Source of the DNA: Candidatus Ruminococcus primaciens
GTDB lineage: Bacteria > Bacillota > Clostridia > Oscillospirales > Ruminococcaceae
Reading direction: 5' to 3'
Assembly: GCA_037465745.1 (NCBI GenBank)
Contig: DAPZRJ010000001.1
Coordinates: forward strand, 1-61,525
Length of the DNA stretch: 61,525 bases
Under the pieces are notes generated by a model. It was not told where the DNA came from. It made no database searches and saw only the letters and a list, made by a program, of their open reading frames with translations. Positions within the stretch are counted from its first letter, which is position 1. Every line of letters begins with the position of its first letter. Shown here in pieces: positions 28,680-36,827 of the stretch. The translations under genes were made by a program, and so were the position numbers.

Positions 28680-29858
28680 ATGAAAGAAATCATACTTGTA
28701 AAATACGGCGAAATAGCCTTAAAGGGACTTAATAAAAACACTTTTGAGGATATAATGGTAAAAAATATTAAAAGACGTTTAAAAAAGCTTGGAAAATTTA
28801 ATTATTCCAGAGCACAGTCAACACTTTACATAGAACCTGCTGATGAATCAGCAGATATTAACGGTGCGGTTGAAAGAATAAAAAAGGTTTTTGGTGTGGC
28901 GGCACTTTGCAGAGCTTGTACCTCTGAAAAGAATTTTGACGATATATGTGAGAAAAGTGTAAGCTATCTTGAAGATATTCTTCCTTATGCAAAAACATTT
29001 AAGGTAACAGCAAAACGTGCTGACAAGGCTTTTCCTATGAAGTCACCTGAAATCTGCATGGAGCTTGGGGGCTTTTTGCTTGAAAAGTATCCTAATCTCA
29101 AAGTAGACGTTAAAAATCCTGAGGTTACGGTAACAGTTGAAATCAGAGATACAAATGCATATATTCATGCAGAGAATATAAAAGGTGCAGGCGGACTTCC
29201 TGTCGGAAGCAGCGGAAAAGCGATGCTCCTTTTATCAGGAGGAATAGACAGTCCTGTGGCAGGATATATGATGGCAAAAAGGGGTATTCATATTTCTGCA
29301 ATTCATTATGTAAGTCCTCCGTATACTTCTGAGCGTGCAAGATTGAAGGTAGAGACACTTTGCCAGAAACTTACGGATTACTGCGGCAGCATAGCATTTT
29401 TCTGTGTTCCGTTTACGGAACTTCAGGAAGAAATTAAGCGTAACTGTCCTGAAGAATTTTTTACAATTATAATGAGAAGGCTTATGATGGAAATAGCACA
29501 GCGTATTGCAGCTAAAGATGACTGCCTTGCACTTATTACGGGTGAGAGCGTAGGACAGGTTGCAAGTCAGACAATGTCGGCAATAGGCTGTACGGACGCG
29601 GTTTGTAAAATTCCTGTTTTTAGACCTCTTATCGGCATGGATAAAACGGAAATTGTTGAAATTTCACGAAAAATTGATACATTTGAAACTTCCACACTTC
29701 CATATGAGGACTGCTGTACTGTATTTACACCTCGTCATCCAAAGGTAAGACCATTGTTGGAAGATGTCGAAAAAGCTCAGAACAGCTTTGATTTCGAGCC
29801 TTTGATCCAAAAGGCAGTTGAGGGTACAGAATTGAAGATCTTTCATTTGGATGAATAA
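28680..29858 (+). CDS. thiI: tRNA 4-thiouridine(8) synthase ThiI
   Basis: KYGEIALKG, THUMP domain, GGLPVG, LLSGGIDSPVA, TGESVGQVASQT, EDCC. Confidence 0.95.
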   Translation: MKEIILVKYGEIALKGLNKNTFEDIMVKNIKRRLKKLGKFNYSRAQSTLYIEPADESADINGAVERIKKVFGVAALCRACTSEKNFDDICEKSVSYLEDILPYAKTFKVTAKRADKAFPMKSPEICMELGGFLLEKYPNLKVDVKNPEVTVTVEIRDTNAYIHAENIKGAGGLPVGSSGKAMLLLSGGIDSPVAGYMMAKRGIHISAIHYVSPPYTSERARLKVETLCQKLTDYCGSIAFFCVPFTELQEEIKRNCPEEFFTIIMRRLMMEIAQRIAAKDDCLALITGESVGQVASQTMSAIGCTDAVCKIPVFRPLIGMDKTEIVEISRKIDTFETSTLPYEDCCTVFTPRHPKVRPLLEDVEKAQNSFDFEPLIQKAVEGTELKIFHLDE

Positions 29859-29940
29859 AAAATAATTAATTATTTGACAAATAGAATGCTGCAAGGCAAT
29901 ATCTTTGTATAAGTTGAATGAAAGTTAATGCGGAGGATAT

Positions 29941-30474
29941 ATGGTTAATCGTTTAATATCTGAATGTACATCTGAAAAACTTGACAAACTGGCTGAAAAT
30001 GTTGTACAATTATTAAAGCTAGGGAAGTATACGCTGTCAACAGCAGAAAGTTGTACAGGCGGACTCCTTTCTGAGCTTATTACATCTGTTCCGGGTGCGT
30101 CTGCTGTTTTTGAAACAGGCGTATGCACATATTCCAACAGAATGAAAGAGAAAATTTTAAATGTTCCGCATTCTGTGCTTGAACAGTACGGTGCGGTCAG
30201 CAGTCAGACAGCTCTTGCTATGGTTAAAGGACTCAGAGAGCTTTCAGGTGCGGATATCTGTATCTCTGTAACCGGAATTGCAGGGCCTGACGGCGGAACA
30301 GCCGAAAAGCCTGTGGGTACTGTCTGGATTGGATTTTCAGCTTTCGGCAGGGAGTTTGCACGACTTCCGAAATTGTGGGAATTACAGAATAAAAGCAGAA
30401 GTAATATACGAATGGCTGCGGCAGCCTATGCTTTTGGAGTTATTGAGGAGATGCTTTCGGAGGAAGTTCAATGA
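29941..30474 (+). CDS. cinA: CinA C-terminal domain / NMN deamidase (PncC-like)
   Basis: AESCTGG, PGAS, GAVS, SVTGIAGPDGGT, KPVGTV. Confidence 0.9.
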   Translation: MVNRLISECTSEKLDKLAENVVQLLKLGKYTLSTAESCTGGLLSELITSVPGASAVFETGVCTYSNRMKEKILNVPHSVLEQYGAVSSQTALAMVKGLRELSGADICISVTGIAGPDGGTAEKPVGTVWIGFSAFGREFARLPKLWELQNKSRSNIRMAAAAYAFGVIEEMLSEEVQ

Positions 30475-31943
30475 ATGAAAACGAACTGAAAAACGTCAGT
30501 GTTGAAAATAATTCTTATCAGAAATCTTCAAAAGCTGAAAAAATTCTGGCTATAAAGCGTGCCCTGCAAACTGGGAATATGAATGCAGAGGAAAGACTTT
30601 CAGATATTATTTCTGATATTGCTCCGAATGACAGTGATGATTGTATTGGTGACGAGCAGACCTTTGAAAATGAATGGGAAAGAGAAATAGCTGAAAGAAT
30701 TGCACGAAGGTCTAATCAGAATAAGGACAGTAAAATTCTGCTGAATGATATTTTGTCAGAAAATCTGCCTGTTGACAATAAGAAAATCAAGCCGATCAGC
30801 CATGAAAACTTTGAAACTGCAAAAGAAAATCCATTTGATTTTCAAAAAAACATGCAGGAATCAGGCAAGACTGTTTATGATAATATAGCAGCTGCTGAAC
30901 TGCCGAATACCGCTGAGTCGGAAAATCAGGAAGAAATACCCGTAAAAAAGAAGAAGGGCATTAAAAAGTTTTTCATTGACCTTTTTCCGCATAAAAAAGA
31001 TACGCTGAAAGAACGGATAAGAAAAATTGTTTTTCTTGGCGCAGTCGCTGCATTCTTTATCTGCGGTTATATTGTTCTGGATTATTACATTGATAATGCA
31101 CATACAAAGCATGTTTATGAGGACCTCATGGAGAGTTACTCTGGAATATCAGAATATGAGCCACAGACAGAGCCTGATGCTGATGAAGAATATTGGCCTC
31201 TTTTAGAGGGGGCTGAGGCATTGCTGAAAGTAAATTCTGATGTTGTGGGAGTAATAAATATTCCTGATACCGATATTTTCTACCCTGTACTTCAGGCGGA
31301 TAATAACGATAAGTATCTTGACCGTAATATTGCAGGAGAAGAGGCAAAAGCCGGTGCAATATTTATGGATTACCGAAATTATTTTGATCGTGTAGTTGAC
31401 GGGCATCTAGAAAATGATAATTCACAGAACCTTATAATATATGGTCATAATATGGCAAACGGAATGATGTTCGGCAATCTGAAAAATTATAAAAATTATT
31501 ACTATTTTTACGGCGAGCATCCTATTATTGAGCTTAATTCAAATTATAAGCGATATAAATACAAAATATTTTCATTTTTTATTGCTGATGCTGATGATAA
31601 AACGGATACTCGGTATGAGTATTGGAATAAACTTGACTTCGATGATGCGGAAGATTTTTATTCTTTTGTGAACGAAGCAAAACGCAGAACGATACGTCTT
31701 AATGATGTTGATGTTAAATATGGGGATCAGCTTCTGACTCTCTCTACATGTGACAGTATTTTCGGACAGGGTGAGGGCGGAAGATTTGTAGTAATGGCAA
31801 GAATGGTCAGAGATGGTGAGGATTTGTATGAAGGAACTCAGGAAAACAAAGAAAATCCTAACATAAAATGGCCAAGTCTGTACTATAAATATAATGGAAA
31901 CGCTAAATATGATCCGGATGCAGAATTTGTTCCTTATGGTTGA
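30471..31943 (+). CDS. srtB: Class B sortase with a ~180-aa N-terminal cytoplasmic extension
   Basis: TM at about aa 185-205; YPVLQ, GAIFMDYR, IYGHNM (His), LTLSTC (Cys), GRFVVMAR (Arg). Confidence 0.88.
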   Translation: MNENELKNVSVENNSYQKSSKAEKILAIKRALQTGNMNAEERLSDIISDIAPNDSDDCIGDEQTFENEWEREIAERIARRSNQNKDSKILLNDILSENLPVDNKKIKPISHENFETAKENPFDFQKNMQESGKTVYDNIAAAELPNTAESENQEEIPVKKKKGIKKFFIDLFPHKKDTLKERIRKIVFLGAVAAFFICGYIVLDYYIDNAHTKHVYEDLMESYSGISEYEPQTEPDADEEYWPLLEGAEALLKVNSDVVGVINIPDTDIFYPVLQADNNDKYLDRNIAGEEAKAGAIFMDYRNYFDRVVDGHLENDNSQNLIIYGHNMANGMMFGNLKNYKNYYYFYGEHPIIELNSNYKRYKYKIFSFFIADADDKTDTRYEYWNKLDFDDAEDFYSFVNEAKRRTIRLNDVDVKYGDQLLTLSTCDSIFGQGEGGRFVVMARMVRDGEDLYEGTQENKENPNIKWPSLYYKYNGNAKYDPDAEFVPYG

Positions 31944-31958
31944 TTCAAGAGGTAAGCA

Positions 31959-32909
31959 ATGAATAAAAAATACAAGATTATTACAGCATCAGTTTCTATA
32001 GCTTTGGCTGTAGGCGGCGGTGCTTTAGCAATCTCACTTAATAGGGACACCGAAAAGGTTCCTTCTGTCAGCTTTGAAAGCAAAGCAGAACTTGAAGCTG
32101 ATGAACCTTTTGGCGAACTCCCTGAAAATTGGTGGGAATCATATAATTACGTCAGTTCTTCTCAAGGGAAAAGCGGACGTGCAGAAAAAATGTTACAGCA
32201 AAATCAGGACATAATCGGTTGGATTAAAATTAATAATACTCCGATTGACTATCCGGTGGTTCTTGATCCGTATCCGATCGGAACTCCCGAAAACAGTGAA
32301 GTTGAACCTAATGATTATTATTTATACCGTGATATTGACGGCAGTGAGAGCAGGGCAGGTTCATTGTTTATGGATTATCGTGATGTATTTGGTTTCAGTG
32401 AAACCCAACAATCAGATAATCTGGTTATTTATGGTCATAATATGGCTAATAATACTGCTTTTGGTTCATTAGTGAAATACTGGCAGAATTACAGCTTTTA
32501 TGATGAGAGTCCCATAATTGAGCTAAGCTCAAATTATAAGGATTATCAATATATTATCTTCGGGTATATCATTACAAGCGGAAGCTATGATGATACTGAT
32601 TTCCACTATTGGAATATGGAAGATTTTAAATCCGAAGAAGATTTCAACTTTTTTGTTGATAGAATTCAAAGCAAATCCATGGTCGATACAGGCGTTGATG
32701 TCAAATACGGCGATAAGCTGCTCACACTGTCTACCTGCTATCAAAGCGAGGCAGATCTGAGATTCATCGTTGTTGCAAGACGTCTTAGAGAGCATGAAAC
32801 AGCTATGGATAAAATCGACAGAACGGAGGCTTATCTAGATAAAAAAAGACAGGAAGAAGCGTCTTTGGCAGCGGCTGAAGCAGAGGCCGCAAGCAAAGCT
32901 GCGCAATAA
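31959..32909 (+). CDS. srtB: Class B sortase, second paralogue
   Basis: N-terminal anchor; GWIKI, IDYPVV, GSLFMDYR, IYGHNM, LTLSTC, RFIVVAR. Confidence 0.88.
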   Translation: MNKKYKIITASVSIALAVGGGALAISLNRDTEKVPSVSFESKAELEADEPFGELPENWWESYNYVSSSQGKSGRAEKMLQQNQDIIGWIKINNTPIDYPVVLDPYPIGTPENSEVEPNDYYLYRDIDGSESRAGSLFMDYRDVFGFSETQQSDNLVIYGHNMANNTAFGSLVKYWQNYSFYDESPIIELSSNYKDYQYIIFGYIITSGSYDDTDFHYWNMEDFKSEEDFNFFVDRIQSKSMVDTGVDVKYGDKLLTLSTCYQSEADLRFIVVARRLREHETAMDKIDRTEAYLDKKRQEEASLAAAEAEAASKAAQ

Positions 32910-32922
32910 CCTAAAGTCTTCG

Positions 32923-32968
32923 AAGACCAATTAGAGTCTTCAGACAAAAATTCAGACTCTGTGGTCTT
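32923..32968 (+). terminator. Hairpin after the second sortase (possible terminator or processing stem)
   Basis: AAGACCA/TGGTCTT and AGAGTCT/AGACTCT stacked stems; only a short T tract. Confidence 0.45.
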
Positions 32969-33061
32969 TAATATCAGAACAACAGGGAACAACAGGACGT
33001 CTCTCTTTTGGAAATTCCAAAAGAAATAAAACCGATCAAAATCGGCGAGATGGAGTAATTT

Positions 33062-34243
33062 ATGAATATGCGAATACCACTGAAGGGTGTTTCGGTAATA
33101 TTGTCGGCTGTGCTGACTTATTCCGGTTTCAACGGTATATCTACTGCTGAAACAACACTCGAAAATGCTGATCTCAGTACAGCCGGTGTCAGTACAGCAA
33201 ATGTATCTGATGAGGAGTGTGCGGTCACCGATTGGTGGAAGGCTGAAATCACAGATTATGATTCAAGTTTATCATTGATCAGTTATGAAATGACCCCTGA
33301 AGCAACTCAGACTGAAAATGAAGAAACACAGGCGCAGGATAATGCGTTGTTAAACGGTGAAAACAACACTTTAAATGGAAACAGCAAAAATGTTTCTCCA
33401 ACCTTTGTTGCATCACCTGATACAGTAGCAACATCACCTGTGGAGGCTCCGCCTGCACAGGAAAGAAACCCCATAAATGCTGAATCCGGAGAGTTTGTAT
33501 TTACAACTTACGGATGGGGACACGGTGTCGGTCTTAGCCAGAACGGTGCTAATTTCTATGCTATGTACAGTGGCTGGTCTTACTTGGATATTCTTTTCCA
33601 CTATTATCCGGGAACTTACCTTATGAATACAGGAACAGCTGATTCAGAACAGGTTACGGTTAACGGTGTAAGCGGAGATGTATTGTCCTCAGTAGCCGGA
33701 ATTGTATATAGAGAAGTTGGCGGCTCTATGGATGTTGAAGCTATAAAAGCTCAGGCAGTTGCCGTGTATACTTATATGAAATATTATGGAAATGACAGCC
33801 ATGATTTAAGAGCAAAAGAAAATCCGCCTCAGAATGTAATTGATGCTTGTGCGTCAGTTCTTGGCGAGGCTCTCTATTTTGACGGAGACTTTGCACTTAC
33901 TATGTTCGGAGCATCCAGCGGCGGCGCAACCGCAAATTGCTGTGACGTATTCTCATCTGACATTCCTTATCTGAGAAGTGTATCAAGTGATTATGATGCT
34001 GCATACGATCCACACTACGGTACAGTGAAGAACATTTCATCAACCGAAGTTAAAAGATTGATTGAAGCTCGTTATGGAATTACACTTTCAGATGATCCAT
34101 TAAATTGGTTTCAGGTAATGGCCGGTGATGGTGGATATATCCACAGTGTGCTTCTCGATGGACAGATTACTGTAAGAGGTAATGACCTTACAATTTGTCT
34201 TGGATTGAAGTCGCCTAAATTCGACATAGCTTATGTGCAATAA
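33062..34243 (+). CDS. Secreted SpoIID/LytB-domain protein (putative lytic transglycosylase) with permuted motif order
   Basis: Signal peptide, low-complexity linker, GWGHGVGLSQNGA...ILFHYYPG, then REVG...EAIKAQAVA, SSGGAT, PYLRSV, LGLKS. Confidence 0.85.
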   Translation: MNMRIPLKGVSVILSAVLTYSGFNGISTAETTLENADLSTAGVSTANVSDEECAVTDWWKAEITDYDSSLSLISYEMTPEATQTENEETQAQDNALLNGENNTLNGNSKNVSPTFVASPDTVATSPVEAPPAQERNPINAESGEFVFTTYGWGHGVGLSQNGANFYAMYSGWSYLDILFHYYPGTYLMNTGTADSEQVTVNGVSGDVLSSVAGIVYREVGGSMDVEAIKAQAVAVYTYMKYYGNDSHDLRAKENPPQNVIDACASVLGEALYFDGDFALTMFGASSGGATANCCDVFSSDIPYLRSVSSDYDAAYDPHYGTVKNISSTEVKRLIEARYGITLSDDPLNWFQVMAGDGGYIHSVLLDGQITVRGNDLTICLGLKSPKFDIAYVQ

Positions 34244-34255
34244 TAAATATTAAGG

Positions 34256-34318
34256 AAAACTCATAGATGTAAACAGAACCCCACTTAATCTGTTATATAT
34301 CTGTGAGTTTTTCTTTTT
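34256..34318 (+). terminator. Long hairpin terminator after the SpoIID-like gene
   Basis: aaaactcatagatgta...tatatctgtgagttttt followed by T-rich tail. Confidence 0.7.
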
Positions 34319-34516
34319 AAGGCTGATTTCTCCGATTTTATTACCACACAGCACCACCAAATCTGAAAAAATAACGCAGAATTGCCATTTTTATTTGAAA
34401 TATGTTTTTATATTGTACTAAATAGAAACAAATGTTCAGAAAATCAAATTAACTTATGGTTGAAAGTCAACAAAAATATGATGTGTTATTTTGTTTGGTT
34501 TGTGACAAATTGACTA

Positions 34517-34577
34517 TTGAAATAAAAGACTGCATGGGGTATAATTATTGTAGGTGGAAAATGGTGAAGTAAGGTGA
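34517..34577 (+). promoter_or_regulatory. dcw promoter with three putative MraZ-binding repeats
   Basis: TTGAAA(34517)-17bp-TATAAT(34540); GGTGG/GGTGA/GGTGA at 34553, 34563, 34573 (10-bp period). Confidence 0.75.
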
Positions 34578-34622
34578 AAAAAACCATGAATTTGTAATAC
34601 GATCGGGAAGTAGGCGAGGAAG

Positions 34623-35057
34623 ATGAAATCTGTTGCATTATGTGGCACATACTATCATAGTATTGACGCTAAGGGCAGAATGAGTTTTCCTACTAAGCTT
34701 CGTGAGATAATCGGTGCAGAATTTTACCTCTGCATAGGTCATGACGATCATTACATTGCTGTTTACTCACCTGAGGAATTTGATGTTTATCAAAGCAAGC
34801 TTAATACTATTCCGGGTAAAGCAGGAAGTGATTTGAGAAGAAAGCTTCTTTCCTGTGCAGACAGACAGATGCCTGATAAGCAGGGTAGAATTTTAATTTC
34901 ACCTCAATTGAGAGAACATGCTTGTCTTGAAAAAGACGTTGTTGTTATCGGTTCATCAAATCGTGCTGAAATCTGGGATAAGAAATTATGGGATGAGTTT
35001 AATTCCAAGCTCACTATTGATGATATTAATGCAGCTCTTTCGGGAATTGCACTATAA
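34623..35057 (+). CDS. mraZ: Transcriptional regulator MraZ
   Basis: HSIDAKGR, DKQGRILI, VVVIG, RAEIWD; first gene of dcw. Confidence 0.95.
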   Translation: MKSVALCGTYYHSIDAKGRMSFPTKLREIIGAEFYLCIGHDDHYIAVYSPEEFDVYQSKLNTIPGKAGSDLRRKLLSCADRQMPDKQGRILISPQLREHACLEKDVVVIGSSNRAEIWDKKLWDEFNSKLTIDDINAALSGIAL

Positions 35058-35066
35058 GGAGTTATT

Positions 35067-35993
35067 ATGGAATTTTCACATGTTTCTGTTATGCTTGAAG
35101 AAAGTATTAATGGTCTGAATATTAAGCCTGACGGTATCTATGTTGACGGTACAGCGGGCGGTGCAGGTCATTCTTGCGAAATTGCTAAGCACTTGAATGA
35201 AAACGGTTTGCTGATTGCTCTCGACCGTGACCCAGATGCTGTTATTGCAGCTTCTAAACGTTTATCGGTCTATAAAAATGCAAAAGTCATACGCAGCAAT
35301 TATTCTCAGCTTAGAGAAGTCCTTGACAGCCTTGGAATTGACAAGGTTGACGGTGTCCTTATGGATTTGGGTGTTTCATCACATCAGCTGGATACCGGAA
35401 GCAGAGGATTTTCTTATCATGTTGATGCCCCTCTGGATATGAGAATGAGTCAGGACGGCATGAGTGCGGCTGATGTTGTAAACAGTTATTCCGAAAAAGA
35501 ATTGGCAAAAATAATTTTTGAGTTTGGCGAAGAAAAATTTTCACGTCAGATTGCTGCAAATATTGTTAAAGCAAGAGAGCTTTCTCCTGTTAAAACAACC
35601 TTGGAGCTTGCGGAAATTATTAAAAACAGTGTTCCTCAAAAGGTAAGGCGTGATAAAAATCCATGTAAAAAAACCTTTCAGGCGATAAGAATTGCCGTAA
35701 ACGGTGAACTTGAGCATCTTTCAAAAGGTATTGATGATGCTTTTTACAGCTTGAAATCAGGCGGACGTCTTGCGGTTATTACTTTTCACTCTTTGGAGGA
35801 CAGGCTTGTTAAACAGCGTTTTGCAGGCTGGTGCAGAGGATGTACTTGTCCGCCGGATTTTCCCCAGTGTATTTGCGGTAACAAGCCGCAGGGAAAGCTT
35901 GTTAACAGAAAGCCTATCGAGGCTGAGAAAGAAGAATTGGAAAAAAACAACAGAAGCAGGAGTGCAAAACTGAGAATAATAGAAAGGAGTTAG
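35067..35993 (+). CDS. rsmH: 16S rRNA m4C1402 methyltransferase RsmH
   Basis: HVSVML, VDGTAGGAGHS, DLGVSSHQLD, PLDMRM, FQAIRIAVN, FHSLEDR, RSRSAKLR. Confidence 0.97.
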   Translation: MEFSHVSVMLEESINGLNIKPDGIYVDGTAGGAGHSCEIAKHLNENGLLIALDRDPDAVIAASKRLSVYKNAKVIRSNYSQLREVLDSLGIDKVDGVLMDLGVSSHQLDTGSRGFSYHVDAPLDMRMSQDGMSAADVVNSYSEKELAKIIFEFGEEKFSRQIAANIVKARELSPVKTTLELAEIIKNSVPQKVRRDKNPCKKTFQAIRIAVNGELEHLSKGIDDAFYSLKSGGRLAVITFHSLEDRLVKQRFAGWCRGCTCPPDFPQCICGNKPQGKLVNRKPIEAEKEELEKNNRSRSAKLRIIERS

Positions 35994-36000
35994 AGATGTT

Positions 36001-36510
36001 ATGGCTAACAAGGGTTCGGCAGCGTTTTCAGAAAGAAAAAACTTTGCAAAGGCCGAATCAGTCCGCAGGTCAGATAATGGTTTGGCAGGCAGACAGCTTA
36101 AAGTCAATGACAGATCTAATATTGCTATGAATGAATCAGAACGCAGAGCAGGCTCCGCAATTTCTATTTTTCTGACAGCAGTTTTATCATTTGCTATGCT
36201 GGGTTCAGTTATTTACTCATTGGATAAAAGAAATAATTTGTATAGTGAAATAGCTGAAAAAACAACAGAACTTACAGCACTTGAAGCCGAAAACGTAAGA
36301 CTCCAGTCTGAGCGTGACAGCAATATGACATTGAAAAATGTTGAGGAATATGCTGAAACAGTGCTTGGTATGCAGAAGCTGGATAGATCACAGATTGAAT
36401 ATATTCAGATTCAGACTGAGGACGAGGTTAATATTCCGCCGTCAGATGAAAATATCTGGGTTAAAATTAAAAAAATATTTGATGAATGTGTGGAATATTT
36501 AAGAGGATAG
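36001..36510 (+). CDS. ftsL: FtsL-like cell division protein
   Basis: Single TM plus coiled coil (ENVRLQ), VEEYAETVLGM; between rsmH and the PBP gene. Confidence 0.7.
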   Translation: MANKGSAAFSERKNFAKAESVRRSDNGLAGRQLKVNDRSNIAMNESERRAGSAISIFLTAVLSFAMLGSVIYSLDKRNNLYSEIAEKTTELTALEAENVRLQSERDSNMTLKNVEEYAETVLGMQKLDRSQIEYIQIQTEDEVNIPPSDENIWVKIKKIFDECVEYLRG

Positions 36511-36827
36511 GTTGTATATATATATAATGTATACTATCCATATTATTTAAAAGCTAACGGCATAAGAAAAAAATATACGCCGTAGTAATAAGTAGAACAC
36601 AGGAGATACAGCGAGTGTGAGTTATAAAAGGAATCCATAAACCCGCTTTAATGAGAAGCGGAAATATCATTAAAGCGGCGATTCCTTACTGTGTGTACGG
36701 AGAGCATACAGTAATCCCTTGTCGTATCGGAAAAAGAGCATCGAAAAATAAATATACGATGTTCAAAGGCGGGGTATCGAAAGTTCCCTGCCTTATTCTA
36801 TTATACGGAAAAATAAGGAGTATGTTA
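36511..36827 (+). ncRNA. Putative structured cis-regulatory RNA in the ftsL-PBP spacer
   Basis: Nested inverted repeats including a perfect 12-bp stem (36643-36654 / 36667-36678) and two competing hairpins near the RBS. Confidence 0.4.

Noticed and set aside
34426..34437. AAAC-AAAT-GTTC resembling an SOS box upstream of mraZ
   Set aside because: One mismatch, about 80 bp from the promoter, AT-rich context; cannot be told from chance
36651..36827. 59-aa N-terminal extension of the PBP in the ORF track
   Set aside because: No RBS at 36651, whereas AAGGAG precedes ATG 36828; the extension has no PBP-like features
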